A DNA stretch of 49,629 bases from Bigelowiella natans CCMP2755 (lineage: Eukaryota; Protista; Cercozoa), in the NCBI GenBank assembly GCA_000320545.1, contig ADNK01002966.1:1-49629 (forward strand). Direction: 5' to 3'. Below, piece by piece: positions 38,258-49,629 of this stretch (its first letter is position 1; the number at the start of each line of letters is the position of its first letter). The notes under the pieces are model-generated. The model ran no database searches. It saw only the letters and a list, made by a program, of their open reading frames with translations, and was not told the DNA's origin. The translations under genes and the position numbers were made by a program.

Positions 38258-39772
38258 ACACCCGCATCACGCGTGACACACCTAGCTGCCCAATCGAGCT
38301 TCTTCCAGCTGACGTAGGTGGTGATAAAATTGAAAATAAAATTGCCGTACTGCTGGTACGATAGTACGATACCTTCGCTTACGCTACGGTAAAACTCTAA
38401 ACCTTCGATTCAAACTAATTTATCGCTTGATGCTAACAACTAGGGTTCATCATTATATGTATTTTCATGTATTAGAGACGGATGTACCGAAGTGATTAAA
38501 TCATAGTAATTTAATAATGTGTTGCTATCACATGGATGCGTGCCATCTGTGGGGATAGTATACAAAGTAATAACATATGTAATATAAATATGATATTATG
38601 TGTCTATCAGCATATTACGTGTCTATAATATATTGCGTGTCTATAATGGGGTGGGCGATAATGGAAATTTTATTTTTATCTCCCGAGGACAATGCGGCGC
38701 AGAGGCAGTCGATATTACATGCTGAACATTTTTTGGGAACATTTCGTTTATTCGAACCACCGCGACGAGCACATTTCGAATCTGTTACCCTTGCAGTGCG
38801 TGGCTCAATTTTCACGCGAAAATTTGCAATGCCAGCCACACCATGAAATCTCGTCAAAATGCTTTGCTCGTGAAGCTAAGGCTTGCATTCATTCCCAGCA
38901 GCTAAACATTTGGAAATTCGCATTGCCGTAGAATTTGACAACAAGAGCTGGATTGCTGAATCGATGTCTCAGTCAAAACATCGATTTGTCCTCTCGCGCA
39001 GTGTTCAAGCTCGCACCTCCTCATGGCATGTGCGCGTCGGGCGCGCGCCTCTGCAACACATGAACAATGAACATTGATCGATGCTAAACCACACTTCCAA
39101 AATGTCACAAGACATGAGGACCTCCTTCAAAGCGCATGCATCAAGTTTGCATCCGCCAGAGCCACATGGGAGACAGGCGCATGCACGCAACAGAGCCTCA
39201 ACAACAGTCGTTGCAAGGACTTGTCAGCACCCTGTTGGTGGTGAGTTGCACAACTAGCTAACAACCTGTGTCCGAGGACAACAATTTGCATTTCCGAAAT
39301 GTGACGACATTTGCAATGCCACGCGTGTGTGCAGGCCGCCTCGAACTGACTTTGGTGAGGTCTAGCCAATGAAACCAGACGAAATCAAGAATGGCATTCT
39401 GGCCACCACAACCCCACGCCTGCCCAATTGTCAAGTTGGGCAACAAGTTGCCAAGTTCCGTGCTTTTCCTGCATTGAAACTCGAACATTGAAATGCAGCA
39501 TTGATGCAAGCTGCACGAGCAAGACGGCAACGTCCTGGATCACTTCACCCAGAGATGCTCGGCGCAGCCAATTGAGTCCGAATCACAAAAGTGTGAAAAT
39601 GCCCTCCATTTTGGTGCCAAATTGCCTTCAGAAACAGAAAAATGACGGAAATTGGGACTTTGCGAACATTGAGGTCTCATCACCCATCGTCAGGCACGCC
39701 ACCACCATCTCGATTCAATCCAAGATGATGAAGGTTCTCAGAACACACAGGGAGACGAGCGAGAGCGAGAGG

Positions 39773-39830
<58 letters not shown>

Positions 39831-40016
39831 CAGAGAGAGAAAGAGGGAGAGAGAGGGAGAGAGAGGGGGAGAGAGGGAAGGAGGAAAACAATGCACATAT
39901 GAGTGCGAATGAGCTCATCAAGATTGAGGGAAGATGAAGGGAGGGAGGGAGAGGGGAATTAACCCCCAATAAGCTTATGGTTTAGTCTAGTGAGGTAGAA
40001 TGTTTAAATCATACAG

Positions 40017-40203
40017 AAGGACTGCAATGCTCCGACCAGGGATCAGTTTGTGGAATTCTATACTGAGGATATAGTAAAATGGATCCATGCGAATGCCGAT
40101 GAACTCAAAACGAGGCCAACCATAATTAAGGTAAAAAATAGACCCGCACTTCTCCCCCACCCCTCTCTCTCCAATGAAGTCATACACATGACTAAATATA
40201 TAT

Positions 40204-40241
<38 letters not shown>

Positions 40242-40651
40242 CAGCATATTATAATCACTAGCTTTCATTGCACATAGATATTCCTATTCGTAATTGATTA
40301 TGGCACTGAGATTTAACTAATGCTGCTGCATGCATTCATATAGATAATAGAGGAAAACGAGCTTACAGGTGAGGACCTGTTACAAATGACGCAGGACGAA
40401 GTAAAGGAGATGGTTCAAGGCAAGATGGGCCCACGAAGAAAATTCAATACCCTCCTCGCAACAATAAGAAAAATGTTCGAAAAAGCAGATACCAAGGAGC
40501 CCTCATCGCATGTAAGAAAAACTCAAGCATTTTTTCCAAATCCCTTTCTGCGATAGATCATATAAAGCATTCGAGCATGATTTCAGAATTACAATTGGAA
40601 AATATGCACATTCTGAGAATATTATATATGTATATCTATATCTATATATAA

Positions 40652-40695
<44 letters not shown>

Positions 40696-40879
40696 CATGC
40701 TTAGAATCATCCATACAATTCTAGTTGTGAATTAATACTATTATTATGATTATTACTATGATTATTATTATTATTAAAAGAAAATTGTTATTGTTTTTAT
40801 ATCGAATCAAGCATAAAATGTCATTTCAAATTTCCAAAATTATCTCTGCACATTCTCTCTCCTAGATTCTCTCTTTTAG

Positions 40880-40933
<54 letters not shown>

Positions 40934-43900
40934 TCGCTCTCTCTCCGCATTATATTCACCTCCTTTCCACGTTTCTCTATCTCTTCTAACCCCTAGTTCT
41001 CTCTGTCTCACGCAAAGCCAACGGCATCATCATCGCCCGAGCAGCTCCCAGCCCGCATCGCCTACGTGTCATCTTCTCTGATAAACGATGCTGACGATAA
41101 GGCACTTGATTTCGAAACCGAGTATGAGCTGATGCGGGAACTTAAAAGAGTTTATCCCAAGTTTCAGTATTCGACATATCGTGCGACTGAGGAGCAAATA
41201 GATGCTGCAATCGGCTCTAGTTGCTTTTGTTTCCATTACTCTGGACACGGTCATCCTGAGAAGGGTCTCTGCATTGAAGGTGGCCCAGCGATTGGAAAAA
41301 CCAGCAAATTCCTAGATGGAAAAGACCTCGCAGAAATGTTCAGAAGAACTCGAAACGGACGACCTAAGATTGCGTATCTAGCGGCATGCCACAGCGAGAT
41401 TGTAGGCAAAAAACTCATAGAAGATGGGCTGGTGAGACACGTTATAGTCTGTCGAGAAAAGGATAAACTCAGTGATTACGGAGCTCCAGTATTTGCCAGT
41501 ACATTTTACAAACGGTTGCTGCAAGGGCACTCTGTATTGGAAGCTTTCAAACAGGCCAAGCGAAAGCTCCGTGAGATAGCTCAACAATGCAAAGACAGAG
41601 CACTCTTTTTCCTTGATGAGCATCTCGAACCATCATTAATTATAACCGAGCTCGATAAAAAACTCAAGAATCTACATGCGCAATATGCAACACACAATGT
41701 GAAGTGGAAAGTGGAAGAACACTTTCGAAGCTTCTGCCAGGAAAACAACATTAATCAGGAAGTGCAAGAGGAGCTGATTTGGGCGGATTTAGCTGAGAAT
41801 GAAGTGGACAAATTTACACTTCTACCCCGATCCACCGACACCGAAGACATCCATAACGTGAAATACGAGTTCAGGGAGGTGGAACAAATTGAACCCAAGA
41901 CGGGATGGATCCCAGAACAAGATCCTGGGTCTTTCTTCTCACGAGATCTAGTGAAGAGGCAGCATCGTGATATCTTGGAAAATTGTAGACCTTCTGCAAA
42001 GAACGATCTTGCTGTTTTTAAGAAAACGTTTGCAACTCGATGGGTCCAAATCGTAGGGGGCAAGGGTAGCGGGAAATCTGTTTTGGCGGAGGTGGTAGCC
42101 CGATCCATGTGGCATGACAACGACGGGCCAAATGCTATCTATTGGGTCAGCATTGTGTTTTTCGTGTGAGCGTGTACGTGTGTGTAATCTGTGTATTTTG
42201 TGCACATGAAAGGATGCAAGAGTTCATTCGATCGATGTACGTTTTTTGTGTTATTAGCGTATTCGTAAGGGTAATGGCATTTTTCAGGTGGACCTTACCA
42301 ACATTGCTGATGAAAAGGATGTTTTATCTGCGGTTGCAAAAGCGACATGTTCCGATAAAAGCCACCATTTGATAGCAGGAGATCCTCTCTATACACTTAA
42401 AGATAAAAAAGAAAAACGAATCTTACTGGTACCTTTTTTGTTTGATTAGATGAATATTATGAGGGTTTCTAGTTTGAGGTTGAACCCAGGTGAAATTTTT
42501 GTCTCTTAGATTTGCGACAATGTATCCAATTTCCTTGGACCGCAAGCATTTCACCAGATTCTAAAGATAAGCAAATCTTTGTTGCTGTTTACTACGTCAA
42601 GAAAGCAAATTGCTCACCCTTGTTGCAAGGTACAAAATGATCTTCTATTAGAGTTAATCATTGTGAAAAAAAAATCATTATGATTATTTCGGTTCAAACA
42701 GCAATTGACACATTTACTTGCAGGCTGTGGAGATGAAACCTTTACATGAAGAGCAATTCAAGAAACTGTTTCTAAAATATTTATACTCGAAGTCCATTGC
42801 TACTCAAAACCTGAAAAATTACCATTTTGCTCAGCTTGGAAAAGGTACAGATGTCATTGGGTTCATGTTTGCGTGCTGTGTTAAATTCCTATGTGTTAAT
42901 GTCACATAGACAAAAATCTTTGGGAGAAGATTCGCAACCCTGCTATGTGCCTAGAGATGGCCAAACGACTTTTGCAAATGGGTATATCTTCCCTATCTGA
43001 CAGCAAGAAGGTTACAATTAAGAATAAAGATCATCTAGTAAGCATTGCCAAGACGCTAATCGAGGAAGAAGAAACGAAAGAGAAGGTAGACTACTTTCAT
43101 TGTTTAATCTACACAATGCGCCATTGAATATATCAATCGTGAGCTTGCGCACCTTCCCATGAGGAAACGTGCATCATCTAACATTTGATCTGATGGTGTT
43201 TTCCTTGTTTCAGACGAGACTTCGTGCATCAATGAAACTCATCCCCGGCCCAGAGCAAGTGCCTTTCTTTGTAGGGCGGGAGAATGTAGTCAAGCAGGTT
43301 CTAAATGAACTCAACGACACCTGCAAACAAGTGCACCTGCTCTGTGGTCCTGGGGGCATTGGAAAGACCCAGCTGGCCGTTCGATTGTTCGACGCCCTCA
43401 TCAAAACCGGTCAATACTCTCACGCGTTTTGGCTGAATTGCCAAACAACTGAGCAGCTCCAGATCGAGTACATGCGCATCGCTGAGAAAATATCTGACCT
43501 ACACATTGTCGACAAAAAGGATACCAAATCAGCTATCCGAACCATCAGGGAACGGATTGAGACTGAACGCTGCCTTTTAGTGTTCGACGATGTTGCACCT
43601 GATTGCAGTGATGTGGCCGAGTTCTTACCTAGGAACAAAGGACACGTAATTTTGACGTCTAGAAATAGCAAAACTACTGATTGGAGTTCGGACGTCAAGC
43701 GCTGGCTGATTGATGGGCTCGTAGATAAAGATTTGATGCGGCTTGTCCGCAAATTTAAACTAACGATGCCGGACCCCGAAATCGATGCGAAGGACTGCAT
43801 GGAGTATCTGGAAACTGAATTTTCGGGTCACCCCGTGATCCTAGCGCAATTCTTCAGTCAATGCAAAGAGATGGGCTACTGCAATGTGGCAGACGTATCA

Positions 43901-46900
43901 AGACAATGCGAAGGAAAAGGTCGCTAAAGAAAAAGTTTCTGAACAAGGACCCCAACAAGAGCATTGGGTACAGACTTAGCATCGTCGAAGTGGTCCGCGA
44001 GAGCTTGTCAAGCCTGTCCAGCCTTGACACAATCCGGCGAAAACGTGCCAACCGCACCGCTGGAACTTCGAGCGTTGACTGCCTCGCGTTGTTGCGTTCG
44101 CTTGCGTACCTGGACCCGAAGAATATTCCATTGGAATTGGTTCTTCTTCTAAGGTTTGACGCATCGCCCAATCAGGTTGAGGATTTCAAGGAAGATAAAG
44201 AGAACGATGGGGAGCAGCTGGTCTCTGAAGAGTACGAAGAGGTGCGCGATGCGTTAGCGCTTCTAGAGCGTTATTCCTTGATACAATGGAGTCGAGAAAC
44301 CAAACATATAAACATGCACGCTGTCACGCAAGAGATAGTCAGATACCTGCAGCCACAGACTAACATTGAAAAATTGGTTGAAGCCCTGGTTGCCTATGGA
44401 GGAGACTATGATGAAGCTCACGATCACCAGGAAGAATGGGCTGCAGTACTCCAACACGGAACCCGGCTCACGACGCACAAATCCCTCGAAGCAGAGCAGA
44501 ATTGGCGACTTGCTAAAACTTTAGGACAGGCCTGCAGGGTTACATGCCTTTATGATAAAGCTTTGGTTTGGTTTAGAATAAGCGCCAAACTTGCTGCAAC
44601 TGAATTTGCACCCTCTGGGTCAATAACAAAAGAAAAACCCGATATTGCTACTAGCTACAGCAACATCGGCGATGTGTACTATAGTATGGGGAATTACCCG
44701 GAGGCGCTCAGTGAATACAAAAAGGCTCTTGAAATGAGTTTTGCGGTGTACGGCGAAGAGAAACCCCATCCTTCTGTGGCTGCTAGCTACAACAACATCG
44801 GCCGTGTGTACCATAGCATGGGGAAGTATCCGGAGGCGCTCAGTGAATACAAAATGTCTTTTGATATGCACTTGGCGATATACGGAACAGAGAAACCCCA
44901 TCCTTTTGTGGCTACTAGCTACAGCAGCATTGGCGGCGTGTACTTTAGCATGGGGAAGTTCCCTGAGGCGCTCAGTACATACAAAAAGGTTCTTGATATG
45001 AGGTTGGCGGTGTACGGCACGGAGAAAGCACATCCTCTTATGGCTGCTAGCTACAACGACATCGGTCGTGTGTATTGTAGCATGGGGAAGTACCCGGAGG
45101 CGCTCAGTGAATTCAAAAAGTGTCTTAACATGTTATTGGCAGTGTACGGAACGGAGAAACCTCATCCTTCTATGGCTATGAGCTACAACAACATTGGCAA
45201 TGTGTACAAGCGCTTGGGGAAGTACCCGGAGGCGCTCAGTAAATTCAAAATGTCCCTTGATATTCACCTGGCGGTGTATGGCACGGAGAAAGCCCATCCT
45301 TCCATGGCTATTAGCTACAACAACATCGGCGCTGTGTACCATAGCATGGGGATGTATCAGGAGGCGTTCAGTGAAAACAGAAAGGCTCTTGATATGCACT
45401 TGGCGATATACGGAACGGAAAAACCCCATCCTTCTGTGGCTACTAGCTACAACAACATCGGAGATGTGTACCATAGCATGGAGAAGTACCCTGAGGCGCT
45501 CAGTGAACACAAAAAGGCTCTTAACATGATGTTGGCGGTGTACGGAACGGAGAAACCCCATCCTTCTGTGGCTACTAGCTACAGCAACATCGGCGGTGTG
45601 TATTATAGCATGGGGAAGTACCCGGAGGCGCTCAGTGAATACAAAAAGGCTCTTGAAATGAGGTTGGTGGTGTACGGAAGGGAGAAACCCCATCCTTCTC
45701 TGGCTACTAGCCACAACAACATCGGTGATGTGTATTATAGCATGGGGAAGTACCCGGAGGCGCTCAGTGAATACAGAAAGTGTCTCAAGATGGAATTAGC
45801 GGTGTACGGCACGGAGAAACCCCATCCTTCTGTGGCTACTAGCTACAGCAACATCGGCGGTGTTTACTTTTTCATGGGGAAATACCCGGAGGCGCTCAGT
45901 GAATTGAAAAAGGCTTTTGATAGCCACAACGACATCGGCGGTGTGTATTATAGCATGGGGAAGTACCCGGAGGCGCTAAGTGAATACAATAAAGCTCTTG
46001 ATATTAGTTTGGTGGTATACGGCAAGGAAAGGCCACATCCATCTGTGGCTGCTAGCTACAACAACATCGGCGATGTGTACAACAAAATGGGGAAGTACCC
46101 GGAGGCGCTCAGTACATACAAAAAGGTTCTTGCTATTAGTTTTGCGGTTTACGGCACGGAGAAACCACATCCTTCTGTGGCTACTAGCTACAACAACATC
46201 GGCGGTGTGTACTATAGCATGAGAAAGTACCAGGCGGCGCTCAGTGAATACAAAAAGGCTTTTGATATGTGTTTTGCGGTGTACGGCAAGGAGAGGCCAC
46301 ATCCATCTGTGGCTGCTAGCTACAACAACATCGGCGGTGTGTATTATAGTATGGGGAAGTACCCGGAGGCGCTCAGTGAATTCAAAATGTCCCTTGATAT
46401 TTACTTGGCGGTGTATGGCACGGAGAAACCCCATCCTTCTGTGGCTACTAGCTACAACAACATCGGCGAAGTGTATAAGCGCATGGGGAAGTACCCGGAG
46501 GCGCTCAGTGAATACAAAAAGGCTCTTGATATGAGGTTGGCGGTGTATGGCACGGAGAAACCCCATCCTTCCGTGGCTACTAGCTACAACAACATCGGTG
46601 ATGTGTATTATAGCATGGGGAAGTACCCTGAGGCGCTCAGTGAATTCAAAATGTCCCTTGATATTTACTTGGCGGTGTATGGCACGGAGAAACCCCATCC
46701 TTCTGTGGCTGCTAGCTACAACAACATCGGCGATGTGTACAAGCGCATGGGGATGTACCCGGAGGCGCTCAGTGAATACAAAAAGGCTCTTGAAATGAGG
46801 TTGGCGGTGTACGGAATGGAGAAACCCCATCCTGTTGTGGCTGCTAGCTACAACAGCATTGGCAATGTGTACAAGCGCATGGGGAAGTACCAGGAGGCGC

Positions 46901-47085
46901 TCAGTGAATATAAAAATGCTCACAATATTTATTCTGACTGCAACATGCATGATGATTCTACCCAATGCAAAGCTTTGATTGGTTTCACCATGTTGAGAAT
47001 GCAAAAAACAAAGAAAAGGAAAATGGGGAAAGAGGAGACACATTGGTGCAAAAGTGAGAAACAGAAAAGGCAGAAATCGTCGTGA
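40017..47085 (+). pseudogene. NLR-like SAM-CHAT-STAND-NB-ARC-TPR copy B, disrupted (18 TPR units)
   Basis: Exons 40017-40130, 40344-40511, 40997-42145, 42288-42428, 42510-42629, 42724-42844, 42910-43085, 43214-47085 mirror copy A. There is a 1-bp deletion at ~43893 (gcagacgtatc vs gcagatcgtatc), the exon-1 donor is absent (atcaagattgag vs atcaaggtagga), and the native C-terminus and stop are deleted. Confidence 0.8.
44640..46930 (+). repeat. 132-bp TPR tandem array, 18 units, one with an in-frame deletion of ~16 codons near 45920
   Basis: Same 44-aa unit as copy A; fused junction KKAFD|SHNDIGG. Confidence 0.93.
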
Positions 47086-47395
47086 AAAGAAAGAAGGTTG
47101 ACCCAAAATGAGGACGAGGAATGAAGCTTCTTCCCAGTCACATCTCGAGCAACAAACACATGCATTGAACTGTCGTGTGAAAAAGCAAAAACATTGTGCT
47201 GAGTTTGTCATTGACTTTCATTTTCAATGCGCTCAAAATGGCTGCTGCCATGTGCAAATCATCAACTTCAGAGCATGCTCACGTGCGTGCAATGAACATT
47301 GAACAATGCCAGAACGAATGACGCATTGATGCACAACCACACAAGCAAGAACATCACAGTCAACCAGATGGTTCAACACACTGAACGACCGCCAT

Positions 47396-47677
47396 GTGCA
47401 TCAAAGGATGGATGATTGCCTTTCCTTGAGCCCAAACGATATGCAGACACTTGCGGCGGATGGATGGAAAAACTCCTCCAATGACTCGAAAGTTGTGAAC
47501 TTCACAGCGATGTCATCAGGAAGATCATCATTCATCCCGTCCACTCTGCAAGAGAAAAAGGACAGCGTGGATCATCACTTCAGCCTCCATGACAACGTGC
47601 TGTCAAGTGAAGGCAAAAGAAACGTGGAACAAGTGCAGGAAGTTTTTGCCGCTGTGTGCACATGTTTGCTTCGCTGA
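47396..47677 (+). mobile_element. Degenerate hAT-superfamily (DUF659-like) transposase fragment
   Basis: TLAADGWKNSSNDSKVVNFTAMSSGRSSFIPST...DHHFSLHDNVL...VFAAVC resembles the T-x-x-x-DGW-x-N...(I/V)NF...F...(V)xAVxTD first catalytic-Asp region of hAT transposases. His occurs where Tyr would be expected. Confidence 0.55.
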
Positions 47678-49629
47678 CCCATTTGCACGAGTTCATTCTC
47701 ACGTTGCGCAGTGTTGGTCACTTTTCCCCGCCATGTCACATCGCGCACTCGCAACTTTGGCTTCTCGCAGTGTGGTCGGTCATGACCACCAAGCGTGTGC
47801 TTGCATTTGTGATGTGGTTTAGTTTCAGCAGCAGTGTGTTGGATGCATGCTGGGGGGACAAAACAAGTCAGTGAGTTTGGCATTTTGGCCCCGCTTGGGC
47901 CAGTGCGACATCGAAAAAGTTGGGTTGCAAAAGGGAACTTTTGCAGCACAAGTCAGCGAAACAATGTTGGGAAAAAAATGTTGTTTTTTCAATCCAAAAA
48001 CAGCGTGATGTGATGTGTTCAACTGAGCTAGTTGAAGCAAAGTGAAACGCACGCGCAAAAGTCAAAAGACCCGCGTGCGAACGGCAATGTCCTCTTGAGA
48101 GCTTGTTTTGGCATGCATGCTCAAGCTCACAATGTGTTTTCATCATCAGGGTTTCAGTGTTTTGTTTTCAATGGCATTGATTGCATCAACGTGCATGCAC
48201 AAGCATCAGCTAGCAGAGCGTCTGTTGGCCAATTGCACGCAGCGCTCTCACGCATCACGTTTTGCGTCGATTGTGGCCATTTTTTCCTCCAAAGTGGACA
48301 ACCAAGCCAGCACCAGACTGGCCAGCTAGCAGAGCTAGCTTGCCAGCTTGCCAGCTCGTGTCGCAATTTGTCAACAACGTGGCAACCTTGTGCCACACCA
48401 GTGTACGTCAGCATGCGCTCGTGCGCTTACAGTGACTGACTGCTCATTGATCATCGTTCGTTTGACCACGGACGCACGCCACACTTGTCACAACGCGCTC
48501 TCTAGCTCTGCCAGTCTGCCAGCAAAGCTCAGCAATCTGGCGATGGCGACATCACCGTTCACGTGCAACACGAAAGGATAACACAAACAGCACGATGACG
48601 AAAAACCTTGTTCACATCTGGATCATCTGGACGCACGTGTGGGCAACTTGACTTGTTTTGATTCTTTTTCCCAAATTTCAGCTATGCAAGCAGTGGTAGC
48701 GATGAAGTGCACACTCACACATTGTCTCTCATTTTGCATGAACGACGAGCACGAATGCACGGCATGTGCATGAATGCATGCATCACACGCCCCACGTACA
48801 TCATGTGAATATTTGAATTGCAACTAGAGAATGACACAGACCAATGACATGATGGCAACATCAACGACAACAGCTTCATCTGCCTTCATTGCTAGTGAAT
48901 GACAACACCAAATGCCCTCAATTACGTTCCATTTCGAGGAATTTCCGGAGAGGTCAAATGAGAATCGTCGTGTTGCAGCACCTGTTGGCAGAGTATATCA
49001 AATCTTCCTTACGTCGCAATACTGTGAAACACACACTCACGCACATTGTACATAAATATATACATAGTATACATAAATATGATATTCGTGATTCCAACCA
49101 ATTTGTGGGATTTGTTCTTAAGGACCGCCTTCGATATGCAGCAATACGATACGAACTTGTCATCTGCTCCCCTGATAGCACACACACACACACACATAAA
49201 CACAAGCATGACCACAAACAAACACACGCGTACATAATAAGAGAATGTAGTGAGATGGAGGATCAGCGAGTATGAATGCGAACAAGGGTAGGATAATTGA
49301 AGCAATTATTAAATGTAGATAAGTATAAGTAGCCATACTACCACGTTACATCTCCCACTCTGCCTCCCCCCCCCCCCCCCCTCAAACCTCCATGTAAACA
49401 CGGCTGATCATGCCACCAAAACACACCTCGGATCGATCTCATGTGCCATATACTCAACTGGGTCTTGATGGGAAACTATGCAAATATTTCTGCACTTTCG
49501 CTGAAAAGCAAACGCAACACATACAACAACATCCCGGTATCAATACACGCTCCCATCAATGTTCGGGGGATTTCCCTAACCGCCCATGTGCTGTCCTCTG
49601 CATGCTGCTGTTTTGGATGTTTTGGATGA

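Larger units (their letters stand above)
39447..47337 (+). repeat. Right arm of large inverted segmental duplication (partner 1437-8778)
   Basis: Reverse-complement match to 1437-8778; longer because of extra TPR units. Confidence 0.93.

Noticed and set aside
8779-39446. Interior as cargo of one giant transposon with 7-kb terminal inverted repeats
   Set aside because: The arms are diverged gene duplicates, no intact transposase, integrase or target-site duplication was found, and the interior holds ordinary intron-rich host genes.

Overview
Eukaryotic genomic DNA with GT-AG introns, microsatellite-rich introns and a U1 snRNA. It looks protist-like, but the organism cannot be identified from sequence alone. 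The window is bracketed by a ~7.3-7.9 kb inverted duplication (about 1437-8778 and 39447-47337). Each arm carries a spliced NLR-like gene with the architecture SAM - CHAT (caspase-like protease) - STAND ATPase 1 - NB-ARC/STAND ATPase 2 - near-identical 44-aa TPR repeats. The left copy is intact (9 exons, ~1712 aa by my exon model); the right copy is frameshifted. Between the arms lie a U1 snRNA, a WWE-WWE-PARP gene, a sulfotransferase-family gene, a perfect 159-bp inverted repeat, an MHS-type MFS transporter, a cAMP-receptor-like GPCR, a Sel1-repeat gene and several hypothetical genes. The most striking signal is compositional. At least seven 0.3-1.5 kb islands are almost devoid of TpA, and most surviving TpA sits in CTAG. 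The islands overlap transposon relics (hAT transposase, MITE-like element) and the duplication ends. Repeat-versus-repeat comparisons show TpA->TpG/CpA changes (Tyr->Cys/His). This suggests a RIP-like but adenine-directed (A-to-G) hypermutation process. All counts and coordinates were read by eye and need computational confirmation.
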